Source: Eledone cirrhosa (taxonomy: Eukaryota). Taken from it: a DNA stretch of 64,000 bases. The stretch is from positions 162,564,001-162,628,000 of the forward strand of contig OZ024743.1 in assembly GCA_964016885.1 (NCBI GenBank). The letters run 5' to 3'. The notes below the pieces were generated by a model. That model made no database searches. It was not told where the DNA came from and saw only the letters and a program-made list of their open reading frames with translations. Made by a program: the position numbers and the translations under genes. Shown in pieces: positions 46,751-58,364 of the stretch. How positions within the stretch are numbered: the stretch's first letter is position 1; each line of letters starts with the position of its first letter.

Positions 46751-47458
46751 TTTTTTGGCATATATATATATATATATGAATGTATGTATATGGTTTCCAT
46801 GAGTATGTGTGTGAGTAGCATTTCTTTTTTTAACGTAGTCAAAGAAGGAAAGACAGTGCTTATATTCTTTGCAGAGCCTCTAAAGTTGGTGGTAAGGTGA
46901 GAAGGAAAATAGGACCATGCTAAAAGTACCTAAGGATCAGGTGATGTTGTTAAACTGAGCAAGAGATTAAGTTACCTATGTATTTATGTATGTATGTAAA
47001 TATTTGGTTTGATGTCTGAACATGTAGTTAGCCCACTGAGAGTGAGAGACCCCTGGTTCTTGTTATGAGTTTTCTTTCTAGAAGGAAAATTCTGATGTAA
47101 AGCCTGCAACTCAAGGGCAACCTATGATATTGACCTGTTCTTTTTTTGGGATACCTGTCACCATTGTTCAGAAAGTGAGATTGGTCCAGTGCAAGGCCTT
47201 TCTTCATTTAAAAAAACATTTGATCTAATCATATTTTATATGTGCTGCAAGAGCATGACTGGCTGTAACCGAAAAAAGGTTTCTTTTTTTTCCCACTGCA
47301 GAAAAAAGTTGTTGGCAGGCCTAAAAAGTCCTGTTTGTGCTACCCATTTGTGAGAAAAGGATCAAGTGATCGACATTCTCGAAATTAAGATGTAGCCATC
47401 ATGTGTGTGTATATGTATGTATGCATGTATAAAGAATAATTTCATAAGCCACACTTAC

Positions 47459-47579
47459 CTGACGACAGTAGGAAACATCTCAGCTGTTAAGACTTGTAAA
47501 GCAGCCCAAGCCCCAGTTCCTGTACATTTGGCTAAAGTGATGAGTATTGTTATTGCAGTCTCATGAGAATTTCCACTTT
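47459..47579 (-). CDS. SLC22-family transporter exon (TM10): ESGNSHETAITILITLAKCTGTGAWAALQVLTAEMFPTVVR
   Basis: Acceptor tttgcAG, donor AG|gtaagt; 121 bp; E[LM]FPTxxR signature. Confidence 0.94.
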
Positions 47580-48250
47580 CTGCAAATAATAACAATGATA
47601 CTTTGTAAAACTATGTAGCGGAACTATTTCATACATCACATCAGCAATGTGTTCATACGTGATTTGCTTAAACAAACCAATCGTTTTAAATTGCGTATGA
47701 ATACATTGTTGCCACCTCATTATAAAACCAAGAGACATAGTGATAACAATGAGGAGAGAAGAAGGTTGTACTAACACTGTGAAATTTCTCTTCACGAAAA
47801 ACCAGTCTGTTTGCTATGTTCTCACATTTCATACCAGCCTGACAGATCTACTACTACTACTACAGCAAATTTGACCAACGACAGGATAGACAAACATAAA
47901 CACACACGCAGTAGGTTTACTTATGTTTTTCACTAATCTTTCGTCTTCCTGTTATTTCACGTCTATTATATCGTTGTATTGATACATGTATACACGCTAG
48001 CTCGAAGTAGCTAACCAGCAAATAATGTAGTGATAATTGCTGCCACACATTTATTACTCGATGATCAATGTACCGACAAGTGAATATTGTTATTGTAAAA
48101 TAAACATTGTCAACATCACAATTCTGGCATTATTCTTTTTATCATTCATCCACAAAAGAATACATTTATCCACTACAACTACATCAACATTGCTGGTACT
48201 TATTGAAACAAAAACAGCACTACTTTTCAAGAAATAAAACTAGATAAATA

Positions 48251-48450
48251 CTCTTGGGTCTCGAATAATCGATTAGCATTCCTGTGACAATTTTCTTTAG
48301 ACATTAAAAAACATGTTATAAAATAAATAATATGGGTGGGTCTCAATATGTAAACTAAACAACCAATTCTAGTTTTTAAAAAAATCAAGGGAGACAACCC
48401 AGAAAAATTATCGATTTTCTGCCCACCCCCTATTATTTGGGACCTGAGAG
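48251..48450. mobile_element. ~200-bp Tc1/mariner-type MITE (decayed)
   Basis: Imperfect 19-bp TIRs CTCTTGGGTCTCGAATAAT / ATTATTTGGGACCTGAGAG (15/19 matches, all mismatches are transitions), flanked by TA and CA. Confidence 0.6.
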
Positions 48451-48715
48451 CAAGTAATTTCTAGTATTACTGATAGTAACACTACTATAGCAGTCATCTA
48501 GCATTACTATCAGTAGCACTAGTTAACAAGTGCTATTACTCCTAAAGTAAAAGTACTTGATATTTATATCTCTAGATAACTACTGCTAGTGATACTTCAG
48601 GAGTACTAGTGTTACATTCATCATCATCACTTTATGTCTACTTTCCATGCTGGCATGTATTAAGACAGGTCGCTATGATTTAAAACTAGACAGATTAGAG
48701 AATCACATCTTACTC

Positions 48716-48716
<1 letters not shown>

Positions 48717-48776
<60 letters not shown>
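48717..48776. repeat. (TA)n microsatellite
   Basis: About 29 TA units at the 3' end of the Penelope-like element. Confidence 0.97.
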
Positions 48777-48779
<3 letters not shown>

Positions 48780-49595
48780 TAGTTCCACAACAGTTATTAC
48801 ACCATTACCGAGAACAATTGTTTCATCTTATTCAGATCATCAGTTCGGTTTGAATAAGGTTGTACGGAAAAGGAAAAACAACTGAACGAATACGCATGTG
48901 CAGAAATACTCACTTACCCAGCGGGGAGGTAAACCCACAATAGATCGATGTGAGGGAGATAACTTTGGATGCCCGGAATAAATTATTCCTGTTATTCAGA
49001 ATATTATAGATTGTTCATGTTAGTCAATCTGGAGCTTTGTAATTACATCATAGGTATTTCCAGACGTGTGGACATGAAAAAACTTCATTCCTTGAATTTA
49101 GACAAGCGTTATTATGTAACATTCTCAGGATATTGATTCTTTCTTCAATGCACAGCCCACAAGACAGATTCTCTTTTGCGTAGACTTCATAACTTTCGAT
49201 TGGATGTAGTAATCTATGCCTGTGTCCTTGAGGGACCATATGTGGCTTGCGAGCTTCGTGCACGATCGTTTGTCCGGGTATCTGAAAGTCGACTGATGAT
49301 TCAGGAAGTGTTCCTTAAACCAGCCCTCCACTATACCTACATAGGATTTAACCTCTTGTTGTTGATTTGGTTTGTTAGAAGTGACCATAGCTTTGTAAAT
49401 TACAGCGGGTGTTACATTGTTGTTGAAGTGGACAAGCTGCAGGCCTTCGGCAAGAACATCCTGGTGGGGTGCTGCTCTTAGGGCTGTTGGTGATGAGGGC
49501 CTTCATATTCTTAGCACAGGAGTATCCTAGTTCCACCGTGTCTGTTAAAGTTGGAGCGATATTTGTGACCTATGGGGAAGTGTCTATCTAAACTC
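48780..49595 (-). mobile_element. Penelope-like retroelement 3' fragment (frameshifted GIY-YIG endonuclease plus 3' region)
   Basis: VIYKAMV...SYVG...FKEHFLNHQSTF...TKLASHIWSLKD, then CGLCIEER...LNSRNEVFSCPH; upstream DRHFPIGHKY linker. These are typical PLE endonuclease-region motifs. Confidence 0.85.
48807..48849 (-). ncRNA. Type I minimal hammerhead ribozyme (Penelope-associated), near-canonical
   Basis: Minus strand ACCGAA-CUGAUGA-UCU[GAAUA]AGA-U-GAAA-C[AAUU]G-UU-CUCGGU. Both core boxes are present, stem I is ACCGA/UCGGU and stem-loop III is palindromic. There is one A.C mismatch next to the cleavage site. Confidence 0.75.
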
Positions 49596-49639
49596 ATTTA
49601 TGCACCAAAACAAATAAAAACTAAACTAATAGACACACG

Positions 49640-50085
49640 ACCATCATCATTACCATTTAACATCCAATTTTTTCACACTAGCATGGGTTAGACGAGTTGT
49701 CCCATTATGAGACAAGTCAGATAAGGTGACCATGTCTTGCTCATACAGAACTGTTTCATCATCATTGTTTTACGTCTATCTTCCATGATGATGATGATGA
49801 AACAGTTCTGTATGAGCAAGACATGGTCACCTTATCTGACTTGTCTCACAACAGGACAACTCGTCAGGTTTCTATGTCTAGATACCCTTCCTAATGCCAA
49901 CCACATTTACAGTGTGTATTGGGTGCTTTTTGCCATGACACCTACACAACTATTTTACACTGTGGGCTGGGTGCTTTTTGTCATGACACTTTACAGTGTG
50001 GGCTGAGTACTTTTTGTCATGACACTTACATGGCCACTTTACAGTGTGGGCTGAGTACTTTTTGTCATGTCACCAACACCATATA
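49640..50085 (-). mobile_element. RTE-related SINE copy with an internal inverted duplication and a short ~36-50-bp tandem expansion
   Basis: (CAT)n tail plus TTTAACATCC...CTAGCATGGGTTAGA shared with 57985-58140; TTTACAGTGTGGGCTG..TTTTTGTCATGACAC repeated ~4 times at 49905-50075. Confidence 0.7.
49691..49865. repeat. Long inverted repeat (~75-bp arms, 25-nt loop)
   Basis: 49708-49765 is the exact reverse complement of 49791-49848 (58 bp); 49691-49702 pairs with 49854-49865. Confidence 0.92.
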
Positions 50086-51207
50086 TATTACAAAAACACA
50101 CAACACCCATCACTAATAAACTCTTCTATTAAATCATCTAGCCTTTTACTAATATAAGAATCAAAAATTTAATTTGAAAATGGTACAAAGCTGACAGACT
50201 TCATCAGGTTGCAACTGCCACCATCACCTGGTTTCTGATGCAACAGCAGTAACCAGACTATCTATACTTTAACCCCTGTAGTTTACATTCTAACCACCTC
50301 ACCAAACATCAATCAAACATTCTAGATCATAATATTAACTCCATTTGTTCAATAAAAAATTAGATTCATTAATTATTCTAACATACCTTAGTATTTGACT
50401 AGAAATAATATATCCTAATATTTTGTGAGTACAATTTGATGCATAAAACATTAATGTCAATGTAAAATTAAAATCATTTGTTTTATTATTAACATTAGTC
50501 ATTATTGATTTATTATTTTCTTATGTAACATAAATCTATATGCCTATAATATTCACTCTACCGCTTAATCAAACCTGATTTTTTTTTTTTTAGCTTACAT
50601 AAGCTGTTAAGAAAACTAACAAGAAGATAAATACCTCCCAAAGGAAGGGATTTATCTTCTAACTTATTTAAACACCTTAATCTTTCAACCTTTCTTTTGT
50701 TCAACTCATATATCCATTATATCTTACCTTAGATAGCATATCTTCATCATTTTTTATTGATATACATTTAAATTTTGTGCAAAACACTAAATCTATAGTA
50801 TTGAATCTACATTAGTACATAGCATAGAAAAATCATACACATGGCTGCTTAACTGGCTAAAGACAGCAGTCAATGTTCCTTCACATCACACTATATCGTT
50901 TTAAAGAAAGAACACAATCAATTATATAATCCTTCATACTCCTAAAAGAATGGAGTGGTCATAGCTGAAATATTTTTGATCAGAGATCTGCTGGATTAGG
51001 ATTTCCTTTGGCTAAAAAAGAATATCAACAATGCCTTAAGCTCTGACATCACAATGACATTAACTACCACTACTTTCTTCACTACTCAAAAACCTAATGT
51101 GACTGTTTACATCAAGAATCTCAACATTTTTACAGAGAAGATTTACCAGGGACAAGAAACTGGGTAGCAGCATTCCATTTACAAGAGAAATTAATTATAA
51201 AACTTAC

Positions 51208-51290
51208 CAAATAAGTAGAAAATCAAGACTGAGGTAGATAAGACGCCAGTGCTGGTTACGAGAAGAAAAATAGTCTTCTTACGACCAAAC
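51208..51290 (-). CDS. SLC22-family transporter exon (TM9): FGRKKTIFLLVTSTGVLSTSVLIFYLF
   Basis: Acceptor tttcacAG, donor TG|gtaagt; 83 bp; MFS G-R-[RK] motif plus hydrophobic helix. Not in the ORF track. Confidence 0.92.
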
Positions 51291-51569
51291 CTGTGAAATA
51301 TTGAACAAAACTTTAGCTAAAGTTTTCAGGTATGTTAGTACCAGCACTAAAGGAATATTTTTTTAGTGATCAATTCAGTACTTCCCAATTCTAAGTTCAA
51401 GTTCCGTCTTTCACTGCTTTGTAAGCATGGAAGAAGCTTTCAGCATGTTGTACCAATGAAATGCTGGGAGTTTAGTGGCATTTGGTTTAATAGGACCACT
51501 GATCTTTTGGCTATCTTTACTATAGTTAAATAGTAAATGGAACATGCTAAGATGTAAACTGACTTTTAG

Positions 51570-54200
51570 TCATGGTAGCAGGGCCACTTCCTTGAAGAAA
51601 TCAGGGTCCAATCTTCTCTCCTACTAACTAGCACTTTAGTTTTGGCTAAGTTTACTCTCAGACCTTTGGATTCCAAATTCTGTTTCCATAATCAGAATTT
51701 ATTTTCTAGTTCTTTTATGGATTCAGCTATCAGATCATCTATATAGAGAAGTTCTCATGGATAGCCAGTTTTAAACTCTTCTGTTATGGCCTGGGGAACT
51801 ATGATGAACAACAGTGAGCTAAGAACTCTGTACCTTCAATTCCTTACTAAACTCACTTCCTACTCTCACTTTACTTACAGCTACTCTGTACATGGTTCAT
51901 ACTGTTCTCATAAGCCATTTTTCTATACCTAATTTTCTTAAAAACCACCAGATAATAGATTAAGGTACTCTGTCAAAGGCCTTTTCTAGATCAACAAAAG
52001 CTAGGTATAGAGGCTAACTCTTATCTAAGAACTTCTCTTGTAGTTTTCTCACTAAGAGGGCATCTGTAGTACTTTTCCCAGACATGAAACCAAACTGCAT
52101 CTCATCTAATTTGACTCTTTCCCTAATTAGTTGCGCTATATCTCTTTCTATCACTTTCATAACTTGCTCCATTAGTTTTATTCCTCTGTAGTTGCTCTTT
52201 CCTAGGGCATCACCTTTTCTCTTGTAGCAATTAACGCGTGTACTACTGTGCCAGTCCTTGTGTATGGCACCATGCTGTATTACCTGATTGACTATGTGGG
52301 TTACTAGTTCAGCTCCGACTTCTGATGCTTTTAGCATCTCAGCAACTACTCTGATGGTCCTGCAGCTTTACCATTCTTCATCTTTTTGATCACTTCTTTG
52401 ACCCTATAATTGTTGATTTCAATAGCTAGTCTCCGGCCCTCTTTCTGTTGAGCATCAGTGGTGCTAAGAGCACCAGTGTCATTTCTAACATACTTTTTCC
52501 CAAAAATATCCTGATTCACACTGACACACTGCCTTGCAATGCAGAACACTTCACGACTCTGATCCTCACACTGCAAGACATTTGCAAACTTTCTTTTTTC
52601 ATCCTCTCTCCAAGCTGTGTATACCTGTAATCTAGCTTCTCTCTTAGCTACCTGATACTGGTCTCTGCTAGCCACATTATTCCATTCTTTTCATGCCTGT
52701 CTCTTAGCTTTAATGGCTCTATTCACTGTGCTGTTCCATCACCGGGTCACACTGTCTGGTTGGCGTTTTATTCCAGCCACAAATCTTATCAGCAGTTCAC
52801 AAAAGGTTGTCACGCAAGAATTTCCAACTGTCCTCTATGTAATATATATCTAGCTAACCCTCTCATCAAATGCATCTTGTAGGGTCTTTCTAAACCTATA
52901 TTTAACAGAAAGGTGCTTTACCTTCCAAAGCCTCCATCTCCATATTTTCCTGCATATCTTCTTGTCATATGTTTAATCTGATGTCATTAATAACTAACTT
53001 GTGTTGGGTGGCACATTCTTCCTGGGGCAAGGCCTTAGTGCTTATTACAGTTCATCTATCTCATTGTCTTACAGGTAAGAAATCAATTTGGCTTGTGTAT
53101 TTGCCTCATTGATTTGTGATGAGATGGCTAGCCGGTTTCCTAAAATTTGTATTGCAAATGGTTAGAATTCCAGGAGCCTCACTCTCTCTTCATTTCTTGA
53201 GCCATAACCATAACCACTGTGAACTCCACTAAATCCATCCTGGTACTGTCCCACATGTCCATTGAAGTCACCTGCCAGGATGATGAGGTCTCTTTCATCA
53301 GTAACTGAAGTTGCCTGTAAAAGTTATTCATGGAACCTGTGCTTTTATCCTTTACTCATTCCTGCCTGTGGTACATAGGTAGATGTAATTGTCACCATTT
53401 TATTTCTAAACTTGATCATTCTTTCACTTACTCTAACTACATGTTTCACCTTATCTATCCATTTCTCAGCTGGTAGAATGCCTACACCATGTTCTCCATT
53501 GTTGTTTCCTACTCAGTAAAGTTTACCTCTATGCTGTGAGTAGTCTAACTGAGGCACCCCTCCATCTCACCTCTTGTACACAGCATACAAACACCTCTCA
53601 CCTCTCTAACAGCTTCACAATTTCACCTGATTTACCCTCCTGGGTACTAACATTGAGAGTGGCAGTCCTGAGATTTGTATCTTGACAGTAGTTAGTTCCT
53701 TGAGTAGAAGTTCTACGTATCTGGAAGGGAAAAAGTCTATGCAATTGCTTGAAGATGGTTGAAGGGTTCTCACACATGGCTACTCTAGCCACCCCACTGC
53801 TGTGTGCAGCACTACAATGACTAGTGTTAGCCCTGTATATGCAATTAATGTTGTGCTTTCCATAATTGTGGCAGGGTTTCTTTCTTGTTGGATGCTCTTC
53901 CTATCACTAACCACTTTAGTGTGGACTGCATGCATTATTCGTGCCACCAACATTAGTGAGGTTGTCTTACTGGACACAAGAGTCCTCTTCACCCTATATT
54001 AGTTTTTATTTGGAGCATCTACTCTCCTGGATGGGTTGCCTTCACTACGGCTTACAGAGTCTGCCTCTGCCCCATGCAGCTGTTTTTAATCGGAGTCACT
54101 GCCTTCCTAAAAGCGTTTCCTTCACCATAGCTTACAGAGTCCATGTTTGTCCCATGTAGTCATTTTTATCGTAGTCACTGTCCTCTTAGATATGTTGCCT
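51570..54200 (-). mobile_element. Decayed RTE-clade LINE: 5'UTR, APE endonuclease and RT; 3' end missing
   Basis: LRTATLNVST (APE start), AGDFNGHVG, NYRGIKL, QFGFMSGKSTTDA, FVDLEKAFDRVP, LYIDDL, GLRVNLAKTK; many stops and frameshifts. Confidence 0.92.
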
Positions 54201-54518
54201 TTACTGCAACTTATGGAAGTTTCACTGCAGCTTGGAGATATATAAACAGGAGTGTGCTAAAGACAGAAGTGTGGTAGACACCTGCCTGCACATTGAATTC
54301 TTCACTAGGCTAATTATTTACTCTCACTGACAGTTCCTATGTACTTCTCTCACAAACCACTCATCTACACCTAGTTTTCTTAAGGACTACTAAATAACAG
54401 ATCCTGGTACTATGCCAAAGGCTTTCTCCAGATCAACAAAACCTAAATATATTGGCTTAAACTTAGCAAAGAACTTCTTTTGTAATTGTTTCACTAAGAA
54501 GAGGGTATCAGTGTTATT

Positions 54519-55114
54519 ACTTACTTCTACTTTGTATCAGTGTTCACCCAGGATAGGTTGAACCAGCTCCAACCAGTGCACACACAACATCGCAAACAGA
54601 GGCCACCCATGCACTGAAATCATACACACTCAGTGCAAATATTATCAGCCAGTCATGATTTCAACTGCAAACATCATATATGTGATGATTAAATATTAGC
54701 TCAAAATCTGACATGATCATGCCAATCCATATTTTCAAATGTCTGCCATTAACACCATCCTGGAAGGGGCACAGGTGTGACCACATCATAGATGAGCTCA
54801 CCTGATTGGCGGTAGACCAAACCAACAGTGGTGCCTTTTGAGTAAGGGATGTTGGAGGGAATCAATCCAAGAGCAATAACAAATTTCAGAGTTTCACACA
54901 AAATCCAATGCTCAAACATGCAGGATTCAGTAAAGGTAAAAATGGTCAAAAACCTCCAGTTTGCATAAATTCATCACTCTTATTGGCTATGTATTAGAGC
55001 TATAGAGGACAAGGGCGCAATAGATGAGGATTTTTGTGGCCAGATGGATGTCTGACCTAGACTAAAATCATCCCTGAAGACGACGAGATGCAGCATGCGC
55101 TCAGTTGATGCAGA
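54519..55114 (-). mobile_element. 5'-truncated LINE 3' end of a different RTE-like family, nested in the RT of the host element
   Basis: Splits the FVPGGN|TTDTLF motif. Decayed SDIHLATK...LY.S..(W) homology, a GTAA-type tail, and a candidate 13-bp TSD TATCAGTGTTATT / TATCTATGGTATT (10/13). Confidence 0.6.
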
Positions 55115-55733
55115 TATCTATGGTATTTCCTCCTGGCACAAAATCAAATTGGATCTCATCTAATTTGATTATTTCCTTAATTAGTCTGCTACTTTTATAA
55201 TTTGATCCAACAATTTGATGCTTCTATAGTTGCTCCATTCTAGAGTATCACCTTTTTCCTTGCCTTGTAATAATTAATGATTATATTACTAATGATGCCA
55301 TTATATGTTACCTGGTTGACTGTTTAAGTGACTAGCTTCAGCTCTACTTCACTGATAGTTGGACATCTTTTCTCTTTTTCATATCTCTGATGGCTTCTTC
55401 AATAATATATCTGGCAACTTAGATAGTTAAGCAGATCCCTCTGTTGGGTTTACTGGGGGTAGTCCTTGTTCCTTCCTCTACATTCATCATCAATGATAGT
55501 AACATTTCCAAACCTCTATCATTCTAAACACACTTTTCCTCAACATCATTCACACTGACACACTGCTTTGCAATGTGGAATACCTCACACTTCTGATCCT
55601 TACATTGCAAGATATTGGCAGACCTCCTGTCTTCAACTTCTCCATATTTATAAACCTGCCATCTTGCTTCTTGATTAGCTACTTGATATTGCTTTTTGCT
55701 GGCCCCTTTCTTCCACTCTTTCCATGTCTTTAA

Positions 55734-55940
55734 CCCCTATGATTCTAACCCAGCCAAAACTGTCTCTGGTTCAATGAAAGACAACTACCCATTTTAAAAG
55801 ATTCCTATTTAAATTAAAATATTCAAACATAATTTTATATAAGAACTATATGTTAGTAATAAAATTTTAGTAAATCCTCAAAATTCTTTGTTAATTAATT
55901 GAAATAGAGTATATTTCATTAAAAATACAGTAAGAAAAGG
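55734..55940. mobile_element. TTAA-flanked (piggyBac-type) non-autonomous element inserted in the RTE
   Basis: TTAA at 55730-55733 and 55941-55944, CCC.../...AGG ends and an AT-rich body. Removing it restores TTAATGGCTCTAT as seen in the paralogous copy at ~52710. Confidence 0.7.
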
Positions 55941-56995
55941 TTAATGGCTCTATCTACAGCACTATTCCACAACTAAGGCATGCGTTATCTGGTTAGTACC
56001 TGGCTCCAGCTACAGGTTTCTTCAGTAGCTAATAGCATGGTGTCTCGTAGAAACTTCCAATTGTCCTTTATGTCATATGTATCTATCTCCTCATCCATTT
56101 TGTCATAAGTGTCAATTAGAACTTTTCTAAAACTATACCTAACAGGAAGATCCTTTAGTTTCCAAACCTTCTTTCTCCAGATTGTCTTGCGTTTCGGATA
56201 CACAACTAATTCTGATTCTGATGTCACTAACAAGTAGCCTATGCTGGGTGGTATATTCCTTTCTGGAGAAAGACATAATATTCATAATCATCTGCCAATA
56301 CCTAATAAGCATAAAGTCAATCTGGCTTGTATGTTTACTTGACTGGAAGGTGATCATGTGACTTTCCAGTTTCCTAGAGTCAGTATTATAAATTGTTAGG
56401 TCGTTTGCATCACAGAGCTCTAAGAGCTTTGATCCTTTTTCATTTTTCAAGCCATGTCCACAGCCACTATGCACTCCAAAATAGCCATCCTGGAACTGCC
56501 CAACATTATCTATTGAAGTTGCCAGCCAGGATGATGAAGTCACTGCCTTGTGTTATTGAGGTAGTCTATAAGATATCCTCATAGAAACGGTCCTTTTGTT
56601 CTTTAGTAAGCTCTGGTTATGGTGTATAAGTTGAGAAAAATGTCATTCTGCCTGGTCAAGGGGTCCATATCGTTTCTGGTGGTTCCTGCATCAAGGGAAA
56701 TAACTCAAGCTCCCCCCCCACACACACACACATTTATTTGTAAATAAAGGACTCCTTTTTTTAAAATGTTTAAGCCTAAAAAAATTAAAGGTACATATTA
56801 TTTATTTTCCCATCTTCCATATATGGAAGCCATAACTGTTATAGCTATTGTCCAAGTTAAATGATGCTTAACATAAAGTTTAAATCACCATAATAATGTT
56901 ACATATTTTTATGGTAGTGATAATATATTACATACTAATTTGTTTCATAAGCTTGCCCACATCAGATGTCATATCGATCAATGTCTTGTTTCCTA

Positions 56996-57749
56996 TTTTA
57001 TTAGCATGTCAAAACAATTCTTAGAATTAATAAAATGTTGTAGTTTGCTTGAAGCATTGTACTGAATATAGTGCAAGATGGACGTTAAACAATAACAATG
57101 ACAGCGACGGTGGTGGCAACGAAGACAACGACGATGATGTGGAAACTGATATAAGTCTAAACCAGGGGTCCCCAACCCCCCGGCCAGCGAGCCACATCCG
57201 GCCCGCGAAGGGTTTCAATCTGTCCCGCGAAGGCCTTTATCCTTCCCGCGAGGGTTCTAAAAAAGGTACAGTTTGCAATAAATTTGCAGTTTGCAATAAA
57301 TTATTGCCAAATAAAACAATGTTTAAATGTATTTTTCTGCTTGGGACAGCTCTAAGTGTCAATATTGAATTTTGTTTCAAATCTAACATAAGGGATAAAT
57401 AAATTATTACTTATTTGTATATAAGTAGTATTAATTGTGCATCCGGCCCGCGGAGCCACCACTGCATGGCTATCCAGCCTACACACCCAAAAGGTTGGGG
57501 ACCCCTGGTCTAAACAATGCAAAATGGATTGTAAGATGAAGGTAATGAAAAAGTAAGTTACCTGTTAATCTTTGTTTTGTTTTTTAGTGTTAATATTAGG
57601 ACAAAAGAAACAACAACAACAAAAAACAACAAAGATTACCAGGTAACTTACTTTTTCATTACCTTCATCTTACAATCCATTTTGCATTGTTTAGGCTTAT
57701 ATCACTTTCCACATTATCATTCTTAGAATTGTTTTGACATGTTAGTAAA
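56996..57749. repeat. Large inverted repeat whose left arm is split by two insertions
   Basis: 57510-57576 pairs with 57628-57694 (1 mismatch in 67). Pairing continues between 57134-57160 and 57695-57720, and between 56996-57027 and 57720-57749. Confidence 0.88.
57163..57507. mobile_element. hAT (Charlie-type) MITE, 345 bp
   Basis: Perfect 15-bp TIRs CAGGGGTCCCCAACC / GGTTGGGGACCCCTG; perfect 8-bp TSD GTCTAAAC (57155-57162, 57508-57515); internal CCGGCCCGCG subterminal repeats. Confidence 0.95.
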
Positions 57750-57984
57750 CTGTAAAACAAAAACAGAAATAATGAAATGCATTTTCTGTTTATACACTAT
57801 TACATACTTAGTTTGTGTATATTCACTGATATAAAAAAATATATACTTCATAAAATTTTACTTGTTTCAATAACGACTAATAACAGAAAATAACACAAAA
57901 GTATTTCAGTTTTGACCATCAAGTCTAATTTACCACTTAATATATATGAAATATATATCCATTTAATATAAGGTTAAAATGGTT

Positions 57985-58140
57985 TCATCGTCGTCATCGA
58001 CACCATCACCATCACCGTCATTTAACGTCCATTTTTCACACTAGCATGGGTTAGAAGGGTTGACCCATTTGAGGCAAGTCAGATCAGGTGACCATGTCTT
58101 ACTCATATAAACTGGCTTGGTTTCTACAGCTAGATGCTCT
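57985..58140 (-). mobile_element. RTE-related SINE 3' portion with (CAT/CGT)n tail
   Basis: High similarity to 49640-49755 (TTTAACGTCC..CTAGCATGGGTTAGA..CAAGTCAGATCAGGTGACCATGTCTT). Confidence 0.72.
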
Positions 58141-58364
58141 TATACATAATTTATATAATCATGTTACCTTTTATTTTATTTTAATGCATATCCTACTTTG
58201 CCAGATATTTTCAACATCTCAGTAACTCTCTGGTGGATCTACTGCTTCCTCTGGCATATTTTATCATATAACTGTCAACCTCAATAGTCTCTCTGGTGAA
58301 TCTAAACTGGGTGTCTCTCTTTTTCTCCCCCATGTAGTATGTCTTTCTTCGCAGCATTAGTGTA

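Larger units (their letters stand above)
54300..56650 (-). mobile_element. Second decayed RTE-clade LINE of a related family (APE plus RT N-terminal half), interrupted by two insertions
   Basis: KLLELCDANDL, SQIDFML, TTQHRLLVSD (APE); KLDEIQFDFVPG / TDTLFLVKQLQ..FVDLEKAF (RT); colinear with the 51570-54200 copy. Confidence 0.88.

Noticed and set aside
57550-57570. Recursive splice site (CAG|GTAACT on the gene strand)
   Set aside because: No polypyrimidine tract upstream on that strand; the motif is part of the palindrome.
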